The notes below the pieces were generated by a model. The model did not search any database, was not told the DNA's origin, and worked only from the letters and a program-made list of their open reading frames with translations. The translations under genes were made by a program, and so were the position numbers. From Camelus dromedarius (lineage: Eukaryota): a DNA stretch of 64,000 nt. The stretch is from contig NC_087437.1 of the NCBI RefSeq assembly GCF_036321535.1, forward strand, positions 19,036,001-19,100,000, written 5' to 3'. Below, in pieces: positions 36,320-48,100 of the stretch. Position 1 is the stretch's first letter; each line of letters opens with the position of its first letter.

Positions 36320-36799
36320 ATTCTGTCAGTTGTCAACTGCCACAGTATTGCTGCAAAAGAAACAACCACAGAAACCTCAGGGACCCACAACAATGAATAT
36401 AATTTAGCTTATGACTCATCAGGGGTTCAGCTGATCTGGGCTGGGTTTGGCTGATCTTAGCTTGCTCGTGTGTCTGTGGTCAGCTGAGCTCGGCTGAGCT
36501 TGCTGCGGTATCTAGAGAGTAGCTGGGTGATGACTGGTCTAGAATGGCCTCATCTGGAATTCCTGGGGGACTCAGGTCTGACTTGTCTTTCATCCTCCAT
36601 CAGGCTAGCTGGGGCACAGCCTCATGGTGATGGCAGAGGTGTAAAGAGAATCAAACCTCAGTGTGCAAGTCCATTTCAAGCCTGTGTATCATCTTTGCCA
36701 ACATCCCATTGGCCAAAACAAGTCATAAATTAAGTGATTAGATACAAGGAGAAATGAAGAACTGTGGCTTCATTTTTTTTTTTTTTGGCATCCATCACA
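36320..36799 (-). mobile_element. MLT1 (G/H-like) MaLR solo LTR
   Basis: ctgtcagttgtcaactgccacagtattgctgc...tcatcctccatcaggctagc...aacatcccattggccaaaacaagtca...ccatcaca. Confidence 0.75.
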
Positions 36800-38174
36800 G
36801 TGATTAAATTGGAATGTGTTTTTGTTCCAAAGGGAGTTGTGGCCTCAAAATCCTGACAATGATCTTAAGAGCAGTGAGTGAACTGCCCCAGATAAGCATT
36901 CTAGACAGTTGCGTGAGGGGACAATTCCAAGTGATCTGTGACAACAGTGGCATCTTTAGAAGGAAGTACGACTGCTGGGAGGACAGTGCTCTTGGATGAA
37001 GTGCTGAGAGTTTCATCTTGGAATTGTTGGATTGAACTGAATTTGCACTGAAAAATCATACCTTGCAGTCTCTAAATGATAAATAGGCCTCTGGTGTGTG
37101 TATTGTTTTTCATTTCTCTCTGCAACTGCCAGGCCGTCAACGGTGAAGAATTAATCTTTCAATAACTCTGATTTCCTTGGCAATTTGAGGTTTCTAGACT
37201 GCAGCAGCTAAACCATGTCCTTTTCCATTTTGGCTTACCAATGGAAACTGCAAGGAGTGACATTAAATAGGATGCACGATTAATTTATCACCCATCTCCT
37301 GCACCTACTACATTTGCTGAGCATCCTTTGTGCTCTGTGGTCACATTTTGGGTATGCAGAGAGACACAGGAGGAGGAGGAGAGAGGGAGTGGGGATGGGT
37401 AAAGGGAGAGAGGGTTTCGTGGACCAGTGATGATAAAGTTCCATGAAACTGAGCAGCACCTTCTGTGCAGCCCTCTGCACCCAAGGTTAAAGATGCACAC
37501 GCACGCATGTGCACATGCACACGCACACACAAAACAAAATGCCAGAGATAGATAAGAGACAGTCGCTGCTTCCAAGAAGCTCAGAGAGTAGTGGGGGAGA
37601 CACATGCACACATTAAACAATTGCACTAGTGAGTGACAAAGGACAGGAGAGACGTCGAAGGTGGGGCACCTGTCCCTGCCTTGGAGGGTCTGGGAGGGCT
37701 TCTCAGTAGAGGTGACATTTACACTGAGTTTCTAGGGATGACCAGGAGCTCACAGGCAGAGAGTAGGGGCAGCACTGTCGACATACACAGAGTTGTGATA
37801 AAGCAAGGCTCACTTAGGAAGAGGCAGGACTATGATAGAAAAGCAGGTTGGGATTTTGTGGGGAGGGGATAAAGAGGTAACAAGGTTGGAAGAGTCAGGG
37901 GAGGGTAGGTCGGGGTGCGAATCCAGTAAGAGACAGCGAGAACTGTCTCGGGCAGGGACACTGAGAATGGAGAGAAGGGAGTTGACGGGAGAAGAACTGG
38001 GGAGGTGGTGGGAAAGGACTTGGGGGGCTGACTGAGGTGTGGGAGAGGTCAAGGTCAAGGCTGCCACTTGGCTTTGGATAACTGAGGGGAAGTAAGGAGT
38101 TATGAATGGAGGAGGTCTTGTGCACAAGAAGGCGGTGGTGTTCAGTTATGTGCCAAGTTGCAGCGCACCAGAAA

Positions 38175-38360
38175 GAGCGGGCGTTGGAGTCAAGAGGACC
38201 TGGTTTGAATCCTGGTTTCACCACTGTGTGCCTTTGGGCAAGTCACTGACTGCTGTGAGGCTCGATTTCCTCATCCGTAAAATGAAGCTAATCTGCAGGG
38301 AACTCTTGAGCACCAAATTATGTGGTGGGTTTAAAGCACCTGGCGTGGTGCTTGAGTCAA
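38175..38360 (+). mobile_element. MIR SINE
   Basis: ggagtcaagaggacctggtttgaatcctgg...tttgggcaagtcact...tttcctcatccgtaaaatg. Confidence 0.85.
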
Positions 38361-39019
38361 CCAAGATAGGCAGGCAGGCCAGGGAGCAGCAATCTGGGGA
38401 GACAGGGCTTACCACTGGGAACCATGGTCATTGCCATGGGATCACCTGTGAACGCCCGGAGCTGCACCCCCAGTGTGGGCACAGGTGAGGTGTGTCAAAG
38501 GCTGATTGGGGTGATATGTGAAGTGCTGGAGCAGACAGAAGCACCGATGCTTTCTGGGCTCAGATGACACAGCCTCTGGGGGTGGTGACACTTGAGTTGA
38601 ACCTTGAAGGCAGAGCTGGATTTGGGGTGGGTTGCAGAGAGGGAGGAAGCTGGAGGAAGAGCAGTGATGGGTGCAGGGCTCAGGGGTCTTGCATGCCAAG
38701 GCCAAACCCCATCCATGATCACTGACCTACCGCCCTCTTTCTCCTGAAAACCGAAGCAAGAATGGGAAGAGAGAAGGGTGAGAGTGCTGGGAACACCCCT
38801 CAGTCCCGGCAGACTGAAGGTGGTCAGCACAGCAGGGGCTCCTGGGCTGCTCCTTAACCCCCTCCATGGCTTTGCTGAGACCTACAGGTGGCCATGCCAG
38901 GTCCAATGGAGAAGGAAGGGACAGGGCCCCAGCCCCTGGGAGCTCACCATCTGACCAGGCAATTTGCAGAATGGGGAGAGGGGAGAAAAGAGCTGGGTTG
39001 AGATGCTGGTTCAGCTGCT

Positions 39020-39180
39020 CACTGCCTTGGGAGCTGTAGGCAAGTCACCTTGTCTCTCTGGACCTCAGTTTCTTTATCTCTAAAATGGGAACAATAATAA
39101 CTGTCTTCAGAGTTCTCTGAAGATTGCTACAAGAGTTGAGTGAGGTCATGTGTGTAGGGTGCTTGGGCAGGGGCCTGTGA
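39020..39180 (+). mobile_element. MIR SINE
   Basis: ggcaagtcaccttgtctctctggacctcagtttctttatctctaaaatgggaacaataata. Confidence 0.85.
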
Positions 39181-39639
39181 TAAGGCAGACACCCATGGCC
39201 CAGTGAACAGCAGAACTCAGGTGCTGTACTAAGGGCAGGACCTGTCATTCACCGTAGGAGGCAGTGAAGGGAGAGCCCAGACAGTGTTAGAGCTGTGGGC
39301 TGCAGGAGGGGTCCTTAGCTTGGATCTTCTCAGCTCCTAATGAAGGCTCTGCAGGGAGTGGTTAATGCGGCAGCTTTTGCTCACTCATAGGTGTGGGACA
39401 GAAGGGAGGCAGAGACTCACGGTCCTGGCCTTCAGCCCTTCTCTCCATGGTGATTCAACTCAAAGGGCAGTGGGCATTGGTATCCCTGTCTGAATGGTGG
39501 CTACTTAGGGATCAGTTTCTGAAGTCACATCCCTCCCCAAAGCCAAGTTTGCAGTTACCCTGTGGTTGGTGGGCCAAGGCCTTTGGTCCCAGGAGTCCAC
39601 AGCAGGGGTGGGGCCTTTAGGAAATGGGGTGAGGGAAAA

Positions 39640-40027
39640 CCGTGGGTACCACGGTGCTCTGCTCAGATCGCCTCTTCAGGGCAGACACCCCCATCTCTCA
39701 GCTGCTGGGAATATTGCTGCAGATGGCTCACAGCTCTGTCCCTCACTGGGCCCTGCCCTCTGTGGCAGAAAATGGCCCCATCTAAGGTTATATCCCCCCT
39801 TAGGGACAGCCCATGGGCCAATGATGGGCTGGTGCAGGGGTAGTGAGAACAGCCAGCAGGATCAGCTGAGGCCTCAGTTACAAATTGTACTGTGGGTCAG
39901 CTTCTCTTCTGCCCCATCCCACCTTCCTTCCTCCCAACTTGTGTCTCTCTCAAAAGCACCCCTGGTAGAATTTCTGCACACAGTTCTCTGTCTCAGAGTC
40001 TGTTTTTAGGGAGCCCAGTCTAAGACA
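39640..40027 (+). mobile_element. LTR16-type ERVL 5' LTR
   Basis: gctcagatcgcctcttcagggc...cagctgctgggaat...ggctcacagct...ctcagagtctgtttttagggagcccagtctaagaca matches the recalled LTR16 consensus; internal ERV sequence follows directly. Confidence 0.8.
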
Positions 40028-43000
40028 GTCGGTATCCAGAATAGTCTTGAGAATCAGGCTTTAAAATGTGATCCCTTACCAGCTGGCTGGCAATGAGGAC
40101 CCCATCCCTGCTGAGCACAGGTGGCCCCTGGTGTGCGGTAGAGGTGCCGTCGCTAATACTTTTACCTTGGTGAACGGGTTTGGGATACTGCTGGGAGGCA
40201 ATGCAGACTGATGTATCATCCCTGGCATTTAAGGGAAGTGAGAGGGAAATGGTAGCTACGAGGACTGTAAGACTGGGTGGCTGTTGCTGAGTGTCATTGA
40301 CTTGTGAAGAGAGATGACAGCTAGCTCTGGGTAATTAATCACCAATTTCATACAAAATGGGAAGGCAAGAGAGCCTTGCTGGCATCATCTAATGAGATGC
40401 TAATCTTATACGGCCAGAGGACAGACAGAGCAGAAGACTAGACTTAATTGTAAGAGTCGTAGACCCTCAGAGGCTGAATTCTCAGCTTCAATGAGCCTTG
40501 CACAACAAGTCTAGGGCAACTGAGACAGGGGTATCTAGGCTGATACAATTGAGAACCTTGAACTCTCAGATTCCAATGAACCTGCTGGTCAGAAGTGACC
40601 CCCTCCCCATTATTATAAGACAATTGTCCTCTCCCCACCCCCACCACCTGTTTGAAGATCATGTGAAGGCCTCAAATGAAATAAGGCAAGTGCTTTATAA
40701 AACAGTGCTTAGCTCTCTTGGGGTTTATCCCCATTTTTCTTCCTGGAAACCAGATCAATAGCAAGGATCAAATCTGAGAGGACCTGACTGGAGAGATGCG
40801 GGGCCTGCTGAAGGGGGCTGCATCTGGCCAACTTGTTATATGAGTGGAAGGACTTGGGAGGGTACACGTGGGATTGGCTCACGTGCTATATCAAGGGAGG
40901 GGGGATATAAAGCCAGATAGGCAAGAGATTATTGAGATGGTAGCACATAGAGGATTTAACATCCTGGCAAGAATCTCAGGAGACTGAGCTAATATGCTGC
41001 TGGGATGGCTTTTGGAAACTTGGCAGAAGTGACAGCCACACACAAAGTGAAGCAGACCTGACAGACGCTGTGGCGGACAGCGTGGAAGGGAGCAAAAGGC
41101 TTAGAGGAGAGAGTGGGTGTACTCCATAAGGTTGGAAAAGGTCAGTTACGTTCCACAGAGGGCTAAGAGGGCATAATTCTGTTTACCGAGATGACGCAGA
41201 AGGAGCCGAGAGGGGCTCTGGCATCACTGAGCAGCTCAGTGGACCAGGGCTGACGTTAGTAAGAGATACTGTTACAGGACTAGGCTTCCTTGTAGCAATG
41301 GGGAGTGATAGAGTCCCCTGTGATAGAGGCCAAATGGTAGTGTTAAATCTCAGATGCAAGGTGGGTGTAACTATGGCGATAAGTGGCAAAGTCTGACTGG
41401 GTTAGAAGGGCCCTGCCTGGGTAATACTACAGACAGAGTTAAAGGACCACAGTCTTCCTTACAGGACAGAGGGCCAGCCAACAAGGGGAGGCTAGGTTCC
41501 TATGAGGAAGGACCTGGCAACTCTGAAGCAACTGCTGTCAGAAATAATTACTGATTCATTACTACTAATTAATTCTCTAATTGCTTATGGTCATTTACTC
41601 AGATAACCACACACTGGAGAGAATATAACAATTTTCAGACTTTTCGCAGCATCTGAGCTGACATTGATACCCAGAGCCAAAGTGCCATCATGGCTCCCCT
41701 GGAAAGATGTACCTCACAGGGGGTCCATGGGACCCACAGCCCCAAATGTACAATTGGAATGGACTTGCTTGACAGTTTGCAGAGACCTCACATCAGCTCC
41801 CTGGCCTGTGGGGTAAGAATAATGGTAGTGAGAAAAACCAAGCAGAGGTTCTGAGACCACCCTCCTCCCGGCCAAGATAGTACCTTAAATAGTAATGCCT
41901 CATGCTGGGAGGGCTGCCAGAAATTCACACTCCCCTTAAGACCTACAGGATGTCAGGTTCCTATTCCATTCAGCAGCCTGGCACCTACAACATCTTATTG
42001 CATGCTGATGGACAGCAGTGAACTACCCTCACTTAACCAGTGGTGAGCTCTGACCTGGCCAGTTAGCCTGCCAATACCTGTCAGACTTGACTGGGTGAAA
42101 GAACCCTAACTCAGACACATCACAGAGCAGCTGGTAAGCCCGAGGCAGGGACCGCAGATACTCAGCAGATGATGTAATTCCAAGACATGCACCACCTGTA
42201 TACAGCGGACCACCTCCAATGCTCATACAACAGAAAAACTCAATTATTGTCACTGAATCAGCCTCACTCAGACTTTGCTTTCTGAATGTGGAACAAAAAC
42301 ATCTCCCAGTCTGTTGGCTTTGACAGAGCCTCCCTATTTCTCTTTCCTTGCACCTCATTCCAAGGAGCTTCCCTAGAATTTGCGCTGAATCAAATTCCCT
42401 GTTTGGCAGTGAAACCTTTTCACTAAGCCATCAAATTTTGATCTTGAGTAGTCTTTATTTTAACACCAAGAGGTACCCCACTGCAGCTGCTAAGCCAGAT
42501 GTGTGCTCCGTGCTGGAGAAGATCCACACCGTCTCCAGCAGGTGATATGTGAACATCAATCTGGCAGTTGTGTTCCTGGCCACACCCATCATGAAATAGG
42601 AGCAGAATCAGTCTGGATTCACATGGGCTAGCCAACAGTACACACTTATGGTCCTGCCCCAGGGTGATGTTATTTCTCTGATTTTATGTTACAATATAGT
42701 GCAAAGGGGACCTGGACTTTCTGGACATTCTGAAGAATGTCACATTGGTTCACTAGATTGATGACAACATGGTGACTGAGCTAGATGACCAAGAAATGGC
42801 AGGTACATTGGAGGTGCTAGTATGACATGTATTCTCTGTATGGTTGGAGATAGATCCTATGAAGACACAGACTTCTATGTGAAATTTTTGAGGGTTCAGT
42901 GGTCAGAGATAATTACTACATCTGGCACCTTCCAGCAAAAGCAGCACAGTGCTGGTGGGCTTCTGTGGGTTCTGGAGGTAGCATGCACTGCATTTGGGAA

Positions 43001-43240
43001 TACTGGCCTGATCCACTTATGGGGGATAAGGAGAGTTGACAGCTTTTAGCGGGGGCCTAAGCATGAAAGGGCTTTGCAGCAGGTCTAGGCTATGGGGAAA
43101 GTAGCCCGCCAGTTGGGTCACTTGAGCTGATAGATCATCTGGCGCTAGCTTTTGGGCAGCCAAAGACAGAGGCCAAATAATTCTGCCACTGAGTTGTTTC
43201 ATGCCTCTTTGATGGTACTCTGAGCCTGACACAGCCATGA
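40028..43240 (+). mobile_element. ERVL-class internal region with degraded gag/protease/RT; no 3' LTR seen
   Basis: Manual translation gives SELTLIP (~41655), IGMDLLDSLQRPHISSLACGVR (~41752) and RT remnant AAAKPDVCSVLEKI...FTWASQQYTLMVLPQG...VTLVH*IDD (42480-42770). These align with ERVL pol FSWQGQQYTFTVLPQG and LVHYIDD. Confidence 0.9.
42041..42465. mobile_element. Solo LTR nested in the ERVL pol gene (probably ERV1 class)
   Basis: TG...ttttaaCA termini with flanks ccag/ccaa. Removing it restores the ERVL pol sequence cttaaccaag-aggtaccccactgcagctgc. Confidence 0.65.
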
Positions 43241-44439
43241 GCCAGGGCACAGGGCTTAGCAGGCGCAGCTCAGGGCTGATCCCAGATCCCGCTCATGCTC
43301 TTGTTCAGATCCCCTTGAGAAGTACACACAATGACACTACTGTATCCTTTGAATACAAGGTGTTCACAGCCCCCTGTTAGTGGTTCCCAGTGCCTCTGTC
43401 AGTGAGGTAGAGCAGGGATCTGCATTTCCACTTGACAGATGAGAAAACTGAGGCATAACTGTAAAGATGTTAAGGATCTTGTTAAGGATCACCCAGGGAG
43501 TCACTCCCTTATCCACTCGCCAATTATTTATTGAACAACTTCTGAATCAACACTATCCCACACCAAGTTATCCTGGCAAAGTATATCAATCCCTGTTCTG
43601 AAAGAACTCAGTGTGGAGTGGGTGTAGGAGGAAGGAAAAGTGGGAGTCAACTGGTAATTCCAACCCTTGGAATGAATGGTAGCAGAGGTATAAGTACAGG
43701 GTGCTGGAGGAACTTGTATGGAATGAGGAGTGGGGAGAGGGGAGACCAAGGAACTTGGTGCTGTTCTGAGCAGCTGGAGCTGGGGTGGGGGATACAAAAG
43801 GGGCTGTGAGGATGGTCATTCAGGTCCCAGACTCCTTCCCTGTCAGGTGCTCTGCTTCTTGGGCAGCTGTCCCCAGAGCTACAACTGTGGGCGAGGCCCC
43901 AGGCCATTTCATTAGGGAGGTTTGTTTCCAGATTCATCCCCTAAGCCCTAGTAAGTCTCTTACTTAGCGGGGAAGCAGCAAATCAAGATGACATTTCAAA
44001 AGCAGTGGCCCAGCCTGTTCCTGGAAGAACAGCTAAATCCTCACCCATATTAAATACCTTCTCCTCAACAGCAGCGGCTGGGCCATTTAGGAAAATTAAA
44101 AGGAGAGAGATGAACGGAGGGTGGGGAGATTAAAAACAAGTGTAATAGTGTTTCCAGTCCTGTGGCCATTCAGAGACCTCACATATGGCCTTTTCACTTT
44201 ATCCTCCTCTTGGCTTATTCAGAGGGCTGGTCATTAGGAGAGTGGTTTTGCAGGGAGGTACTCGGGTTTCCAGCTGTCCATCATTAGGCTAGCCAGGTAC
44301 CTGGCTGATGGCCGGCCCAAGACACACGTGCTTTAGACTTCGTATTGAAAAAAAATGACACTGAGAGATTTCTATAAGGCAGCTGACTTCAGGGTTTGTC
44401 TTTACTCAAGTAAAGACAATGGACAGCAAAGGAACTGGT

Positions 44440-45090
44440 TGACAAACGTGGGAAAGAAGGTTTACCATCACTGCTAAATTCAAAGACAGTGACTGTCCTT
44501 CTTAACACATTGGATTAACACAGGTTAAGAAAAGAGAAAACTTAAAAGCTACTGAGGACAAAGTAAAAAGAGCATGCTTGTGCATCACAGGAAGTATAAA
44601 TGAGGCCAACTTTTTGGAGAGCACTTAGGCCAAATGCATCAAGATTTTTAATAGGTATTAATAGTTGATACAATAATTTTACTCCTAAAAATAGGTCCTA
44701 AGAAGTTATCAGAAATGTGGACAAAGAATTAGGCCGAAATGTGTTCTTTGCAATGTAATTTCTAGCATTAAAAAAGAGATACTTAGGGGTTGGGGGGATA
44801 GCTCAAGTGGTAGAGTGCATGCTTAGCATGCATGAGGTCCTGGGTTCAATCCCCAGTACCTCCATTAAAATAAATAAATAAGTAAAAGACCTAATTAGCC
44901 CCCCAAAGATAAAAATAAATAAAATTAAATTAAAAATAAAAAAAGTTTAAAAAGAGAAACTTAAATACCTAACAATAAGGGGTTACTTATGTCAAAAATG
45001 GTACATCCAGAAGAAGAAATGGTCATTAGTTGTTTCAGATGATCTTTATGAAGGATAGGCTTATGTGAAAATAGTAAGTTAAAAAGGGTA
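44440..45090 (+). mobile_element. Old L1 (L1ME-like) 3' region hosting the SINE
   Basis: Degenerate ORF2 C-terminal motifs (aactttttggagagcacttaggc; aacttaaatacctaacaataagggg). Confidence 0.6.
44786..44948 (+). mobile_element. tRNA-Ala-derived SINE (camelid Vic-1-like) with a 15-bp TSD
   Basis: A box tagctcaagtgg, anticodon arm gcatgcttagcatgc, B box ggttcaatcc and an A-rich tail. TSD aaaaagagatactta (44771-44785) and aaaaagagaaactta (44949-44963) at a tt/aaaa site. Confidence 0.93.
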
Positions 45091-45834
45091 AAAAACACTT
45101 TATACACTATGAGTTCTTTCAACTCTTTGTCTCTCACATACACTCACACCTCGCCCCATCATACACACACCCACACAGTAAATGTCTTTATAGACCTTCA
45201 CTTAACTGACTGACTGCTCAGTTGAACTGACAGGTTGGGTTAGCTGATTCTCTGTTTTTTTTCTGTAAACAAAGCAGCTGGTGCCCAGGGCACGAGGAAA
45301 GATAGTGGTAAATCAGCTTCTTATTTCTCCTTCCCCCAGAATCCACTGTTTTATTATTCTCTTAATACTCTGCCAAATTCAATTTGAGGATACATAATTG
45401 AGGATTTCTTCTTCTATATTTCAAAAGTGTGCCTGACCCAGTTGTGTGTGTTAGGGGCCGGGGGCAGATTTGGTATAAGGGTTAAAGCTAGCCTTGTAAA
45501 AGGAGCTAAGAAACTTTATTTACTATGTTCTGATTGGATAGTCTGAGAATAATCTTTGTTTAAGGCTCAGTACAATTTGCCCATACATACCATCTTAACG
45601 TGGCTGTTTTTAAAGGCATAGAGTACTATTTTTTCTGTATCTTCTCTGGGTTATCGATCTATTAATGTCTTTTACATTTTCTTGAGCCAATTTTGTAGTG
45701 ATATTTTACTAGAAAAACAAATTCCTTGTTTACTTTAATTTTTATTTTAGAATTATATTATTCTATACAGACTCCTATGGTAATCTGTATTCATTGTTAG
45801 GAAATGTGATTTTAAATTGTAGTGATAAAAATAC

Positions 45835-46045
45835 CTATTGTTAATAAGCATATACTGTGTGTCAGCTAAATGGTTTAAATCCATGTTTGCATTTACTCCT
45901 CACAACATCCCAACAGTGTAAAAACTATTATCCCTACACTGCAGATGAAAAAACTGGAGAAAGTAATTGTCCAAGACCATGTGAGAAGTGGTGGCACCTA
46001 CATTTATGTGATTCTGAGCCTGTGTTCTTGTCTACTAGGCTATAC
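45835..46045 (-). mobile_element. MIR SINE
   Basis: taagcatatactgtgtgtcag...ctcctcacaacatccc...gcagatgaaaaaactggag. Confidence 0.75.
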
Positions 46046-46066
46046 TCATAAAAAAAAATGGACAAG

Positions 46067-46979
46067 AAGACATCCAGATGGCCAACAGGCACATGAAAAG
46101 ATGCTCAGTATTGCTAATTATTAGAGAAATGCAAATCAAAACTACAGTGAGGTATCACCTCACACCAGTTAGAATGGCCATTGTTAAAAAGTCTGCAAAT
46201 AATAAATGCTGGAGAGGGTGTGGAGAGAAATGAACACTCCTACACTGTTGGTGGGAATGTAAATTGGTGCAGCCACTATGGAGGACAGTATGGAGGTTCC
46301 TTAAAAAACTAAAAATAGACTTACCCTATGATCCAGCAATCCTGCTCCTGGATATATATCCAGAGAAAACTATAGTCCAAAAAGACACATGCACCCCAAT
46401 GTTCACAGCAGCACTATATACAATAGCCAAAACATGGAAACAACCTCAGTGTCCACTGACAGATGACTGGATAAAGATATGGCTTTAATTTTTATTATTA
46501 TATGTACAATGGAATATTACTCAGCCATAAAAAGAATGAAATAATGCCATTTGCAGCAACAAATGGACCTAGAGATTATCATATTAAGTGAAGTAAGTCA
46601 GACAAAGAGAAATATCATATATCACATATATGTGGAATTTAAAAAAAAGATACAAATTCTATTTAAAAACCAAAAACAGACTCACAGACGTAGAAAACAA
46701 ACTATAGTTACCAAAGGGGAAAGGGCAGGGAGGGATAAATTAAGGACTGGGGATTAACAGACCCATGTTACTGTATATAAAACAAACAACAAGGACCTAC
46801 TGTATAGCACAGGGAACTATATTCTTTCTTGTAATAACATATAATGGAAAGGACTCTGAAAGGAAAAAAAATATATGTATATATATGTATAATGGAATCA
46901 TTTTGCTGTACACCTGAAACTAACACTGTAAATCAACTATACTTCAATAAAAATGTTAAAACAAACAAACAAACAAACA
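46067..46979 (+). mobile_element. 5'-truncated L1 (ORF2 C-terminus, 3'UTR and (AAAC)n tail) with a 15-bp TSD
   Basis: Encodes [28 protein letters not shown] aaaaaaatggacaag (46052-46066) and aaaaacatggacaag (46980-46994). Confidence 0.93.
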
Positions 46980-47342
46980 AAAAACATGGACAAGCAGACA
47001 ACAGACAAATCAAAATCACATGCCATAGTGTGATCACTTTGCAGTTTCAGGAATTTGCTCTTGCTCAAGCTTAGGCTCTGCATATTTTTGCAGTCTTCCT
47101 TAGCTGGTTTCCTGAGCAGGAGCTGTTGGGGCCAGTGCTCACAACAACATTACATAGACACTTCATATTTCCACCATTGTTAAAGCAGAATTTATTCTAT
47201 GTAAGTGGTTATTTCCTAGAGAAATGCAGCTCATTCCCAAAAGCACCAAAATATTCAGCCACTCTCCATGGAAATTTTTGAAAATGTTTTGTAGAAGTCT
47301 TAGTTTCCTTTTTGAAGTTGAGAATACAGTTTAATCTTGTCC

Positions 47343-47690
47343 ATTTTTAAAACTGAAATTTTATTGAGATAGTTGTAGATTTACATGCAGTTATTAGAAT
47401 GGAGCAATCCCTTGATACTTTGTCTAGTTTCCCTCCGTGTAACATTTTGCAAAACTGTAGTATAGTATCACAACCAGTATATTGACATTTATACAATCCA
47501 TCAATATTATTCAGACTTCTCCAATTTTATTTGTATTTGTTTGTGTGTGTATAAGAAATTTTATAGAATTTATCACCTGAGTAGGTTCATGTTTCCACCC
47601 AAATAGTTCCAACATCACAAGGGTCCCTCATGTTATTGCCCTCTTATAACCACACTTATCTTTCTTTTGCCTACCCTATATTTCTAAATT
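47343..47690 (-). mobile_element. Old L1 3' end (L1MB-like)
   Basis: ttttattgagatagttgtagatttacatgcagtt...acattttgcaaaactgtagtatagtatcacaaccag. Confidence 0.8.
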
Positions 47691-47854
47691 ACACAAACAT
47701 ACATCATCAGATTATGTATCAAGCTAATTGGGTTATGTATTAATCTGATTGTCAGAAGACTGAGGTCAGGATTAGTGGGGATGTTGGTTCTATACACACA
47801 ATGTGTGCACATATTGTATGTGTATTCATACGGGCATCTACAGGTAGCATCATA

Positions 47855-48086
47855 CAGCATGTCTCACACTGTGAAGTCCTAATAAGGGTCATATAAAAGA
47901 TAGAGTACTCCAGTGTCAAATAACTTTGGGAAACTTTACTATGTCTCCTTCTTGGAGATCCACAATAGTATACTGAAGTCTCTACAGAGTCCTACAGTGA
48001 AGAAACATATCTGTTTTTTTTGGGCAGCATTTTCAAAACTTACTTGACTACAGATCCTTTGGTTATGGAACTCTTATTCCATCTCC
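47855..48086. mobile_element. hAT-Charlie MITE (MER112-like), target of the L1 insertion at 48101
   Basis: gtcaaataactttgggaaac...cttggagatccacaat...agtcctacagtgaagaaac...caaaacttacttgac, with internal inverted repeats. Confidence 0.6.
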
Positions 48087-48100
48087 AAAAAGCTTTCCAC

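Noticed and set aside
37495..37531. Alternating purine-pyrimidine tract (Z-DNA potential)
   Set aside because: An ordinary degenerate (CA/CG/TG) microsatellite.
43466..43490. Short tandem duplication of tgttaaggatc (similar ones near 7450 and 35761)
   Set aside because: Two-copy slippage duplications with no spacer structure; not an array or CRISPR.
44792..44866. Bona fide tRNA-Ala gene
   Set aside because: It has an A-rich tail, a TSD, no poly-T terminator and sits inside an old L1, so it is a SINE.
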